From an uncultured Acidobacteriota bacterium (GTDB lineage Bacteria > Acidobacteriota > Vicinamibacteria > Fen-336): a stretch of DNA of 64,000 nucleotides. The notes under the pieces were generated by a model. That model was not told the DNA's origin and did not search any database. It saw only the letters and a program-made list of their open reading frames with translations. Where the stretch lies: NCBI GenBank assembly GCA_963720545.1, contig OY970399.1, forward strand, positions 1,472,001 to 1,536,000. Reading direction: 5' to 3'. Shown here piece by piece: positions 1 to 12,141 of the stretch. Position 1 is the stretch's first letter. Every line of letters begins with the position of its first letter. Made by a program: the position numbers and the translations under genes.

Positions 1-701
1 TCGTCAACGGCTCCGTGGCTCTCGACGCGGGCTTCGTTTCCGGCGCTCTCACCCTCCGCGAGCAGGGCAAGGTCAAGAACATCGCGATTTCGCACGCGCA
101 TCTCGACCACACGTGCTCGCTGCCGTTCCTCATCGACAACAACTTCGCGAGCCCGGGCTTCTCGCTGCGCATCCACGCGATCCCCGAAGTCATTGCCTCG
201 ATGCGCGCGCACCTCTTCAACAACGAGACCTGGCCCGACTTCACCAACCTGCCGAACGATTTCTCGCCGGTGCTGAAGTTCGTGCCCATCAAGGACGAAG
301 AGCCGGTCGCGATCGACGGCGTGCAGCTGCGCGCCATTCGCGTCTCGCACAGCGTCCCCACCACCGGCTTCATCGTCGAGGACAAGAAAGCGGCGCTCGC
401 CTATTCGAGCGACACCGGCCCGACCAACCGCTTCTGGGAGGTGGTGAACGCGGTGCCACGGCTGAAAGCCGTCATCACCGAGACTTCCTTCCCCAACGAG
501 CAGCAGGCGCTCGCCGACGTCGCCGGCCACCTGACGCCGCAGATGCTCGGCCGCGAGCTCGAGAAACTCGAGCGCGACGTGCCCGTATACCTCTACGGCG
601 CCAAGCCGCGCTTCGTCGACACCATCAAGCGCGAGGTCGGCAAGCTGCGCACCCGCAAGCGGGTGCGCTTCCTGGTTCAGGGCCGCACCTATAACCTCTA
701 G
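1..701 (+). CDS. MBL-fold 3',5'-cyclic-nucleotide phosphodiesterase (class II-like), 5' truncated by window edge
   Basis: LDAG, SHAHLDH metal motif, FN..WPDF, H.VP and SSDTGP motifs; frame is open to the window start. Confidence 0.75.
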   Translation, partial: VNGSVALDAGFVSGALTLREQGKVKNIAISHAHLDHTCSLPFLIDNNFASPGFSLRIHAIPEVIASMRAHLFNNETWPDFTNLPNDFSPVLKFVPIKDEEPVAIDGVQLRAIRVSHSVPTTGFIVEDKKAALAYSSDTGPTNRFWEVVNAVPRLKAVITETSFPNEQQALADVAGHLTPQMLGRELEKLERDVPVYLYGAKPRFVDTIKREVGKLRTRKRVRFLVQGRTYNL

Positions 702-703
702 TC

Positions 704-1336
704 GTGCCCATCATCATCGCCGTGGCCGGTGGCACCGCGTCGGGCAAGACCTCGTTCGCCAACAAGGTGGCCGGGGCGCTGGGAGACGCGCGCTGCCTGC
801 TGGTCTCGCAGGATGCCTACTACAAGGACGGCAGCATGCTGGGCGCGGCCGAACGCGCCGCGGTCAACTACGACCATCCCGACGCCTTCGACACGCCGCT
901 GCTGGTGCAGGACCTGCTCGACCTGAAGTCGGGCCGGCCGGTGCCGCACCTGACCTACGACCACGCGACCTACACCCGCGAGGTGCTGCCCGACCCGCTG
1001 CTGCCGCGGCCGGTGATCCTCGTCGAGGGAATACTGGTGCTGGTGGAGGAGCCGCTGCGGCGCCTGTGCGACATGCGCATCTTCATCGACACCGATGCCG
1101 ACGTGCGCATCCTGCGGCGGCTGCGCCGCGACCTCATCGAGCGCGGGCGTTCGTTCGAGTCGGTCGAGCGCCAGTACCTCGCCTCGGTGCGGCCGATGCA
1201 CCTCGAGTTCGTCGAGCCGTCGAAGCGCTATGCGCACCTCATCATCCCGGAGGGCGCCGAGAACCTGGTGGCGGTCGAGGCGGTCGTCGCCCGCGTGCGC
1301 GCGATGCTCGAACGCACCCCGGACCGCACGCCCTGA
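704..1336 (+). CDS. udk: uridine kinase
   Basis: AGGTASGKT P-loop, QDAYY, NYDHPDAFD, RRLRRD..ERGR, VRPMH..FVEPSKRYA. Confidence 0.93.
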   Translation: MPIIIAVAGGTASGKTSFANKVAGALGDARCLLVSQDAYYKDGSMLGAAERAAVNYDHPDAFDTPLLVQDLLDLKSGRPVPHLTYDHATYTREVLPDPLLPRPVILVEGILVLVEEPLRRLCDMRIFIDTDADVRILRRLRRDLIERGRSFESVERQYLASVRPMHLEFVEPSKRYAHLIIPEGAENLVAVEAVVARVRAMLERTPDRTP

Positions 1337-2319
1337 CGAACGCGTTCCGCCCGTGGCCCTTCGCATCGGGCTCGCACCGCCAGACGCTGCTCGGCTTCCT
1401 GCGGCGGCGCTTCCTCTCCTGGGGCCTGCCGAGCGAAGCGCTCACGACGCGCATCGACGCCGAGAACGGCGTTTGGCTCACGTCGCGGCTGACGCGCGCT
1501 CCCGGCGCCGATGGCGCGCGCCGCGTGCTGGTGCTGCTGCACGGCATGGGCGGCAGCGACGCCTCCACCTACGTCATCGCCACCGGCCGCCATGCCGTCG
1601 CGCGCGGCTGGAGCGTGCTGCGCGCCAACATGCGCGGCTGCGGCGACGATGCGACGTTCTGCCCGCGCCTGTCGCACGCCGGCCTCGCTTCGGACCTGCT
1701 GGCGGTGGTGCGCGAGGCCGCGCAGCGCTTCGAGCACGTCGCGGTCTGCGGCTTCTCGCTCGGCGCGCACCTGACGGCGCTGATGCTCGCGCGCCATGCC
1801 GGCGAGCTGCCGCAAGGGCTCGTCGCCGGCGCGGCGGTGTCGCCGCCGCTCGACCTCGCCGGCTGCGCCGACGCGGTCGGCCTGCGGCAGAACCGCGTCT
1901 ACCAGCGTTTCTTCATGGCGGGCCTGCGCGAGGGATACGCGCGCATCCAGCAGCGCGCCAACGGGCTCTACGAAGCCGGGCGCACCGCCGGCCTGCGCAG
2001 CGTGCGCGAATTCGACGACCGCATCACCGCGCCTTACGGCGGCTTCGGCACCGCCGACAAGTACTACGCGACGAACACCGCCGGGCCGCTGCTGGCGCAG
2101 GTGCGCGTGCCGCTGCTGATCCTCGCCGCGAGCGACGACCCGGTGATTCCGGCGGCGGGCGTCGACCGCTGGGAGCTGCCGGCGGCGGGCAACGTGGTGC
2201 GCGAGATGACGCCGACCGGCGGCCATGTCGGCTTCGTCGGCCGCACCAGGGCGCCGGGCAGCTTCTGGGCGGCGGAGCGCGTCGTCGATTTCATCGACGC
2301 CGCGGAGGCAGCCCGCTAG
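1333..2319 (+). CDS. YheT-family alpha/beta hydrolase (probable CTG start)
   Basis: LHGMGGS, GFSLG nucleophile elbow, EFDD.IT, DDP and GGHVGF motifs; N-terminal F.PW..SHRQTL follows a CTG overlapping the udk TGA. Confidence 0.8.
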   Translation: MTNAFRPWPFASGSHRQTLLGFLRRRFLSWGLPSEALTTRIDAENGVWLTSRLTRAPGADGARRVLVLLHGMGGSDASTYVIATGRHAVARGWSVLRANMRGCGDDATFCPRLSHAGLASDLLAVVREAAQRFEHVAVCGFSLGAHLTALMLARHAGELPQGLVAGAAVSPPLDLAGCADAVGLRQNRVYQRFFMAGLREGYARIQQRANGLYEAGRTAGLRSVREFDDRITAPYGGFGTADKYYATNTAGPLLAQVRVPLLILAASDDPVIPAAGVDRWELPAAGNVVREMTPTGGHVGFVGRTRAPGSFWAAERVVDFIDAAEAAR

Positions 2320-2321
2320 CT

Positions 2322-2389
2322 CGTTTTCCCGAGGACGGCAACGCTGGCGCTGGTCAGCCGTTTTCCCGAGGACGGCAACGCTTGCGCTG
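2322..2389 (+). repeat. tandem direct repeat A (two 31-nt copies, period 37)
   Basis: cgttttcccgaggacggcaacgct(g/t)gcgctg at 2322-2352 and 2359-2389. Confidence 0.9.
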
Positions 2390-2404
2390 CTACCGAGGGA
2401 TCTC

Positions 2405-2446
2405 ACTGTGTCCGGACACAGTAGCAACTGCGTCCGGACGCAGTTG
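2405..2446. repeat. two adjacent perfect palindromes B with TCCGGA centre
   Basis: actgtgtccggacacagt (2405-2422) and caactgcgtccggacgcagttg (2425-2446). Confidence 0.92.
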
Positions 2447-2455
2447 ACTGAAGGA

Positions 2456-2589
2456 CGGCGAGTGGTTCGGAGCGCGGGCGTTGAGGCCCGCGAACTCTGA
2501 TGAAGGGCGCTCTAGCGTCGCGGGCCGAACGAGTGAGGCCGAAGATTTTCCACTGAGCCCGAACGGCCCGCGCGGAGGACCACTCGCCG
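2456..2589 (+). ncRNA. candidate structured RNA / structured repeat element C, copy 1
   Basis: Nested stems cggcgagtggttc/ggaccactcgccg, gcgcggg/cccgcgc and ggcccgcga/tcgcgggcc; homologous to 56701-56844. Confidence 0.55.
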
Positions 2590-2634
2590 GCCGCAGTAAC
2601 AGCAGATCGGGAACGACCTGTGAACAGACGATGA

Positions 2635-2782
2635 CGCAAGCGCCTGGGGAACGGCGGGGACGGAAATCGACGGATTGGATGGGGACGGAGAGCCAATCCG
2701 TCGATGGCGAGCGCAAGCGCCTGGGGAACGACAAGAGAGGAAATCGACGGATTGGACGGGGACGGGAGCCAATCCGTCGATT
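2635..2782. repeat. tandem repeat D (two ~71-nt copies, period 77), each ending in a 13-14 bp hairpin
   Basis: cgcaagcgcctggggaacg-N8-ggaaatcgacggattgga..ggggacgg..gagccaatccgtcgat at 2635-2705 and 2712-2781. Confidence 0.9.
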
Positions 2783-3665
2783 AGCCCGGTTCGTGGGCTC
2801 GCAGCCGCATGGTGTCGGCGCCAGCAATGTACTCGCGCCGCTCCTGCATGCGGCGCACCACCGCGGCGCGATCGCCGAGCGTCGCGGCGCCCACCCCCTG
2901 CACCACGAACGAGGCCGCGCACGAGGCGAACGCCACCGCCTCGGGCAGGTCGTGGCGCTCGACATAGGAGACGAGGAACGCCGCGGCGAACACGTCGCCG
3001 GCGCCGGTCGGGTCGACTTCCGGGCGCGGCTGCGTCGAGAAGCGCTCCTCGCCGTTGCGTGTGAGGAGCGTGACGCCGCGCGCGCCGCGGGTCAACGCCA
3101 CGATCGGCACATGCTGCAACAGCTCGCGGCTGCGCTTCTCCGCGTCCGGCGTGTCGTTCTGCGAGAGGAACAGGATGTCCACTCCTTCGAGGCAGGCGGC
3201 CGCGTTCGTCCAGCGCCGCGGATTGATGCGGCCGTTGGGGTCGGCCTCGCGCAGCCAGCCCTGGGCGATGGCGCCGACGACGCCGGCGCGAAAGCCGCGC
3301 GCGGCGCCGGGCGCCACCTCGTCGATGAGCGGTGCGACCAGGAGCGCCGAGGGCGAGCGCCAGTCGTCGGGCACCGTCGCCAGGTCGATGGCACCGGCGC
3401 TGGCGAGCAGCCACAAGGTGCGGTGGCCGTCGCGCGCGTACTCGTGGCGGAACCTGGTGGTGGCTTCCGCCGGCGCGACGAATGCCGCCACCCCGGGAAG
3501 CTCCTTCTCAGCGACGAAGTCGGCGCCGGCGCGGGTCACGATGCCGGCGTCCCAGCCGAGCGCCTGCGCGGCCAGGCTCGCGTAGGCGACCGAGCCGCCG
3601 AGCACTTCGGTGGCGCTCTGGTCCCGGCGATCCCAGGTGACGGAGCCGATCGTCAGCAGTTTCAA
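2781..3665 (-). CDS. PfkB-family carbohydrate/nucleoside kinase
   Basis: LGGSVAY N-terminal motif; VDPTGAGDVF PfkB signature. Confidence 0.85.
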   Translation of the reverse strand: MKLLTIGSVTWDRRDQSATEVLGGSVAYASLAAQALGWDAGIVTRAGADFVAEKELPGVAAFVAPAEATTRFRHEYARDGHRTLWLLASAGAIDLATVPDDWRSPSALLVAPLIDEVAPGAARGFRAGVVGAIAQGWLREADPNGRINPRRWTNAAACLEGVDILFLSQNDTPDAEKRSRELLQHVPIVALTRGARGVTLLTRNGEERFSTQPRPEVDPTGAGDVFAAAFLVSYVERHDLPEAVAFASCAASFVVQGVGAATLGDRAAVVRRMQERREYIAGADTMRLRAHEPG

Positions 3666-3684
3666 GTTGTGCCCTGGGGATTTG

Positions 3685-5103
<1,419 letters not shown>

Positions 5104-5119
5104 CACCTCGGGCAGTCTA

Positions 5120-7342
<2,223 letters not shown>

Positions 7343-7364
7343 GGGGTTCAGGGATTTTAGCCAT

Positions 7365-7394
7365 TTGACGCCCTTCGCAGTGGATCGCTACAGT
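7365..7394 (+). promoter_or_regulatory. putative sigma70 promoter for iorAB-like operon
   Basis: TTGACG-N18-TACAGT upstream of GGAGG and ATG 7428. Confidence 0.5.
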
Positions 7395-7427
7395 GGCGTA
7401 CACCCCGAAAAGGGGATGGAGGCGCCA

Positions 7428-7907
7428 ATGGTCGCGTTATCGCTCTTCGTCAACGGCCGCAGCCAGGATGTGGACGTCGAGCCCGACACCCCGCTCCTCT
7501 GGGTGCTGCGCGACGCGCTCAACCTGCGCGGCACCAAGTACGGCTGCGGCATCGCGCAGTGCGGCGCCTGCACCGTGCATCTCGACGGCACCGCCGTGCG
7601 CTCCTGCGTCACGCCGGCCTCGTCGGTCGGTGGCCGCAAGATCACGACCATCGAAGGGCTGGCACCCGAGGCGCGCCATCCGCTGCAGCAGGCGTGGGTC
7701 GCCGAGCAGGTGCCGCAATGCGGCTATTGCCAGTCGGGCATGCTGATGAGCGCCGCGACCCTGCTGCGCGCCAAGCCGCGGCCGACCGATGCCGACATCG
7801 ACGGCGCCCTCGGCAGGCACATCTGCCGCTGCGGCACCTACCAGCGGATTCGCAAGGCCATCCACCGCGCGGCCGGCACCGAGACAGCGGAAGGCGGCAA
7901 GTCATGA
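7428..7907 (+). CDS. 2Fe-2S small subunit of IorAB-type molybdenum hydroxylase
   Basis: [46 protein letters not shown]. Confidence 0.92.
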   Translation: MVALSLFVNGRSQDVDVEPDTPLLWVLRDALNLRGTKYGCGIAQCGACTVHLDGTAVRSCVTPASSVGGRKITTIEGLAPEARHPLQQAWVAEQVPQCGYCQSGMLMSAATLLRAKPRPTDADIDGALGRHICRCGTYQRIRKAIHRAAGTETAEGGKS

Positions 7908-10099
7908 CCTCGCGGCGGACTTTCCTGGTGGCCGGCGGCGCCGCCTCGGCCACGGCGCTGGTCGTGGGCTTCAAGCTGTGGCCGACGCTGCGTCACGGCG
8001 TTCCGGCAGGCGGGGCGGCGGCGAAGGCGCGCGTCAACCCGATCGAGGCGTGGCTGCGCATCGATCCCGACGGCGCCGTGAGCATCTATTCGCCCAAGGC
8101 CGAGATGGGACAGGGCGTGATGACGTCGCTGCCTATGATCCTGGCCGAGGAGCTCGACGTGGACTTCGCGAGCGTGCGCGTGGAGCAGGCGCCGACCAAC
8201 CGCGCCCTCTACAACCACGGCACCGGCGGCAGCAACAGCATCCGCGGCAGTTACAAGCCGCTGCGCCAGGCGGGTGCCTCCGCCCGGCAGATGCTGATGG
8301 CCGCGGCGGCGGCGCGCTTCGGCGTGCCCGCAGCCGAGTGCCGCACCGAGAGCGGCAGCGTCATCCACGACGGCTCCGCAAAGCGCGCGCGCTACGGCGA
8401 GCTGGTCGCGGATGCGGCCAAATTGCCGGTTCCCGACCCCGAGACGGTGCCGCTCAAGGACCCGGCGAAGTTCAGGATCATCGGCCAGAGCCTGCCGCGG
8501 TTCGACGTGCCCGCGAAGGTGGACGGCAGCGCCGGGTTCGGCCTCGACGTGCGGGTGCCGGGCATGCTGTACGCGGTGATCGTGCGATGCCCGGTGTTCG
8601 GCGGCAAGCCGAAGAGCTTCGACGCCACCCGCGCGAAGGCGATTCGCGGCGTACGCGAGGTGTTCGAAATTCCGGCGATGAGCGCCGCCAAGTCCGCGGG
8701 CGGCGTGGCGGTGGTGGCCGAGTCCACCTGGGCGGCGATCCGCGCGTCCCGGGCGCTCGATGTCGTCTGGGACCTCGGCCCCGACGCCGCGGAGAGCACC
8801 GACGCGCTGCGCGAGCGCATGCGCGCGACGCTTGGTGCCAGCCAGAAGGCGTACCGCAACGAAGGCGATGCCGACGGCACGCTGGCAAAGGGTGCTGGCG
8901 CGGTGCTCGACGCGGAGTACGAGCTGCCGTTCCTCGCGCACGCCGCCATGGAGCCGCAGAACACCACCGCCCACTTCAAGGATGGTGCCGTCGAGATCCA
9001 TTCGCCGACGCAGGGCGGCAGCTGGACCCAGGACACCGTCTCCGAGGCGCTCGGCATCCCGGTCGAGAGGATCGTGGTCCACACGACCCTCCTCGGCGGA
9101 GGCTTCGGCCGCAAGTCGATCGCCGACGTCGCGGTCGAGGCCGTGCAGGTGTCGCAGAAGGTGGCGGCGCCGGTACAGGTCGTCTGGACGCGCGAGGACG
9201 ACATGCAGCACGACTTCTACCGCCCCGCGTCGCTGCACCGCCTGAAGGGGTCGCTCGACGCCTCGGGCCGGCCCGCGGCGTGGTGGCACCGCATGACCTC
9301 GACCTCGATCAACGCCTGGTTCGAGCCGGGCGGCGACCTCGGCGGCGGCGAAGTGGGCGGCGCCGAGAACCTGCCGTACGCGATCCCGAACCTGCGCTTC
9401 GAGTATGCCGACACCAGGAGCAGCGTGCCGCGCGCCTGGTGGCGCTCGGTCGAACACTCGATCAACGGCTTCGTCGTCGAGAGCTTCATCGACGAGCTGG
9501 CGGCAGCCGCCAAGGCCGACCCGCTCGCGTTCCGGCTCTCGCTGCTCGAAGGCGAACGCGGCATCCCGATGGCTCTCGACAAGGAGACGGTGCTCAGCAC
9601 CAGGCGTCTGCGCTCAGTGCTCGAGCTGGCCGCCGCCAAGGCTGATTGGGGGAAGTCGCTGCCACGGGGTCGCGGCCGCGGCATCGCCGCGCACTTCGCG
9701 TTCGGCTCGTACGTCGCGCAGGTCGCGGAAGTCTCCGTTGCGAACGGCAAGGTGTCGGTGCACCGCGTCGTCTGCGCCGTGGACTGCGGGCGTGTCATCC
9801 ATCCGGACGGCATCGCGCAGCAGGTGGAAAGCGCCATCGCGTACGGCCTTTCAGCCGCCCTCAAGAACGAGATCACGATCGCCGAGGGACGTGTGGTGCA
9901 GGGCAACTTCGGCGACTACAACCCGCTGCGCATCGACGAGATGCCGCACGTCGAGGTGCACCTCGTCGCCAGCGACGAAGTGCCGACCGGCATGGGCGAA
10001 CCCGGCCTGCCGCCGGTCGCCGCCGCCGTCGGCAACGCCGTCTATGCCCTCACCGGCAAGCGCGTCCGCAGGCTCCCGATCCGCCTCGACCAGACGTAA
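7904..10099 (+). CDS. IorB-type molybdopterin-binding large subunit with Tat signal
   Basis: SRRTFL twin-arginine leader, EMGQGV, TGGSNSI, AHAAMEP, GGGFGR, WWRSV, GMGEPG; ATGA overlap with small subunit. Confidence 0.9.
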   Translation: MTSRRTFLVAGGAASATALVVGFKLWPTLRHGVPAGGAAAKARVNPIEAWLRIDPDGAVSIYSPKAEMGQGVMTSLPMILAEELDVDFASVRVEQAPTNRALYNHGTGGSNSIRGSYKPLRQAGASARQMLMAAAAARFGVPAAECRTESGSVIHDGSAKRARYGELVADAAKLPVPDPETVPLKDPAKFRIIGQSLPRFDVPAKVDGSAGFGLDVRVPGMLYAVIVRCPVFGGKPKSFDATRAKAIRGVREVFEIPAMSAAKSAGGVAVVAESTWAAIRASRALDVVWDLGPDAAESTDALRERMRATLGASQKAYRNEGDADGTLAKGAGAVLDAEYELPFLAHAAMEPQNTTAHFKDGAVEIHSPTQGGSWTQDTVSEALGIPVERIVVHTTLLGGGFGRKSIADVAVEAVQVSQKVAAPVQVVWTREDDMQHDFYRPASLHRLKGSLDASGRPAAWWHRMTSTSINAWFEPGGDLGGGEVGGAENLPYAIPNLRFEYADTRSSVPRAWWRSVEHSINGFVVESFIDELAAAAKADPLAFRLSLLEGERGIPMALDKETVLSTRRLRSVLELAAAKADWGKSLPRGRGRGIAAHFAFGSYVAQVAEVSVANGKVSVHRVVCAVDCGRVIHPDGIAQQVESAIAYGLSAALKNEITIAEGRVVQGNFGDYNPLRIDEMPHVEVHLVASDEVPTGMGEPGLPPVAAAVGNAVYALTGKRVRRLPIRLDQT

Positions 10100-10101
10100 G
10101 A

Positions 10102-10150
10102 GAGATCCCTGGGTCGCGCGCAAGCGATGGGCGCCGTCGGGAAAACGAGC
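10102..10150 (-). repeat. diverged inverted copy of repeat A module
   Basis: gagatccct..gcgcaagcg..cgggaaaacgagc matches the reverse complement of 2359-2404 and 2319-2331 in order and length. Confidence 0.75.
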
Positions 10151-10151
10151 G

Positions 10152-10919
10152 CTAAACGGGCAGCTTGCGGGCGAAGCCCGGGAGCGGCAGGCTCGCGACG
10201 CGCGAAATCATCGCGTCGTCGGTGAGGTCGAGCTGCAGCGGCGTCACCGACACCAGGCCCTCGTCGTGCACGGCGTTGCAGTCGCTGCCGGGGATGTCCT
10301 CATGGCTGTAGTCGCTGCCGCCGATCCAGTAGTAGGCGCGGCCGCGCGGGTCCTTCTTCTCCACCACCTCGAGGCCGTACGTGTGCTTGCCAAGCCTGGT
10401 GACCGCATAGCCCTGGAGCGGTCCGGCGGGAATGTTCACGTTCAGCAGGAAGCGCGGCGGCAGCTGCGCCTCGAGCACCGCCGTCACCAGCGCACGCGCG
10501 AACCGCGCACCTTCTGCGAAGTCGAAGCTGCCGCGGGTGGCGAGGCTGAAGGCGACGGCGGGAATGCCGAGGATGCACGCTTCCATCGCCGCCGCGACCG
10601 TGCCGGAGTAGGTGACGTCGTCGGCGATGTTCGGGCCGTGGTTGATTCCCGACACCACGATCGCAGGGGGCTGCGCCTTCAGTATGTGGTTGACGCCGAC
10701 GTAGGCGCAGTCGGTTGGCGTGCCGTCCACTGCGTACCACTGCTTGCGGACCTCGCGAATGCGCAGCGGCCGGTGGATCGAGATCGCGTGCGACGTGGCG
10801 CTTTGCTCCGACTCCGGAGCCACCACCCAGACGTCGCCAAGGCCTTCCATGGCGCCGGCCAGCGCCAGAATCCCGGCCGACGAATGGCCGTCGTCGTTGG
10901 TGACGAGGATGGTGCGCAC
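10152..10919 (-). CDS. surE: 5'/3'-nucleotidase SurE
   Basis: ILVTNDDG, VAP..EQS, GTPTDC, SGINHGPN, YSGTVAAA; GTG 10919 preferred (ATG 10928 alternative). Confidence 0.95.
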   Translation of the reverse strand: MRTILVTNDDGHSSAGILALAGAMEGLGDVWVVAPESEQSATSHAISIHRPLRIREVRKQWYAVDGTPTDCAYVGVNHILKAQPPAIVVSGINHGPNIADDVTYSGTVAAAMEACILGIPAVAFSLATRGSFDFAEGARFARALVTAVLEAQLPPRFLLNVNIPAGPLQGYAVTRLGKHTYGLEVVEKKDPRGRAYYWIGGSDYSHEDIPGSDCNAVHDEGLVSVTPLQLDLTDDAMISRVASLPLPGFARKLPV

Positions 10920-10925
10920 GCCGTT

Positions 10926-10950
10926 CATTCTAGGCGCTGCGCCTAGAATG
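10926..10950. promoter_or_regulatory. 25-bp palindrome carrying TAGAAT -10 on both strands (putative bidirectional promoter)
   Basis: cattctaggcgc-t-gcgcctagaatg between divergent surE and desaturase genes. Confidence 0.6.
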
Positions 10951-10970
10951 GCGGCGGAGCGCGCCGCCAC

Positions 10971-12098
10971 TTGAACCTGATCGTCCTGGCGATTCCGGTT
11001 TTCTTCCTGCTCATCGTCATCGAGTTCGCCGCCACCTGGCGCGCCGAGCGCCGCGCCTATCGGCTCGCCGACGCCGTCAACGACCTGTCGTGCGGCATCC
11101 TGCAGCAGCTCATCGAGCTGTTCCTGAAGACCCTGCTGTTCGGCGGCTACATCTACATCTACGAACGCTGGCGCGTCGCTTCGCTTTCGGCGTCGTCGGC
11201 GGTCGTGTGGGCCGCGTGCCTGGTGGGCGTCGACTTCCTCTACTACTGGTTTCACCGCACGAGCCACGAAGTCGGCGCGGTGTGGGCCACGCACGTGGTG
11301 CATCACCAGAGCGAAGACTTCAACCTGGCCGTGGCCTTGCGCCAGGGCGCTTTCCAGGGCGCCTTCTCGTGGGTGTTCTACCTGCCGCTGGCGCTTCTCG
11401 GCTTCCCGCCGCTCGTGTTCCTCACCGTGTCCTCGGTCAACACGCTCTACCAGTTCTGGATCCACACCGAGACGATCCGTTCGCTGGGCCCGCTCGAACG
11501 GGTCTTCAACACGCCCTCGCATCACCGGGTACACCACGGCCGCAACCCGGAATACATCGACCGCAACCACGCCGGCATGTTCATCGTCTGGGACCGGATG
11601 TTCGGCACCTTCGAGCCGGAGCGCGCGCCGGTCGTCTACGGCATCACGACACCGCTGCGCAGCTGGAATCCCTTGTGGGCGAACGCGCACTACTGGGTCG
11701 AGTTGTGCACTCTCGCGCGCCGCGCCACGACGCCTGGCGACAGGCTGCGCCTCTTCCTGAAGCCGCCCGGATGGCGGCCCGCGTCACTGGGCGGCCCGGT
11801 GGCGGCGCCGGCCGTGGACGCTGGAACCTACGAGAAATTCGATACCCACCTCGCCCGCCCGGCAGCCGCGTACGTGTTGCTGCAATTCCTGGTGCTGCTT
11901 GCCGCCAGCACGTGGGTGCTGTTCCGCCAGCAGGAACTCGGCGGCTTGCGGGTCGCCATGGCCGCTTCGTTCATCGGCTTGAGCCTGGTGGCGCTCGGCT
12001 TCGTCCTCGAAGGGCGCCGCCACGCGACCTCGATCGAGTGTGCGCGGCTTTTGGCGGGCGCGCTGCTCGTCTTGTGGTTCGTCCATTTCTTCCGATAA
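10971..12098 (+). CDS. sterol desaturase / alkylglycerol monooxygenase-like membrane di-iron enzyme
   Basis: His boxes YWFHRTSH, HVVHHQS, FWIHT, HHRVHHG; WDRMFGTF. Confidence 0.88.
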   Translation: MNLIVLAIPVFFLLIVIEFAATWRAERRAYRLADAVNDLSCGILQQLIELFLKTLLFGGYIYIYERWRVASLSASSAVVWAACLVGVDFLYYWFHRTSHEVGAVWATHVVHHQSEDFNLAVALRQGAFQGAFSWVFYLPLALLGFPPLVFLTVSSVNTLYQFWIHTETIRSLGPLERVFNTPSHHRVHHGRNPEYIDRNHAGMFIVWDRMFGTFEPERAPVVYGITTPLRSWNPLWANAHYWVELCTLARRATTPGDRLRLFLKPPGWRPASLGGPVAAPAVDAGTYEKFDTHLARPAAAYVLLQFLVLLAASTWVLFRQQELGGLRVAMAASFIGLSLVALGFVLEGRRHATSIECARLLAGALLVLWFVHFFR

Positions 12099-12141
12099 AA
12101 ATTGACGTGTACCTGGGCGCGCACTCGCAGTATGTTGAGGC

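Noticed and set aside
2497..2545. CTGATGA in element C suggesting a hammerhead ribozyme
   Set aside because: No stem II followed by GAAA and no properly placed NUH site; the second copy has CTAATGA, which breaks the catalytic core.
2322..2782. CRISPR array
   Set aside because: Each repeat occurs only twice, intervening segments are 6-8 nt rather than spacer-sized, and there are no cas genes.
2390..2965. ORFs spanning the repeat array (2390-2965, 2403-2696, 2481-3695)
   Set aside because: Translations only mirror the DNA repeats, overlap pfkB and have no recognisable protein motifs.
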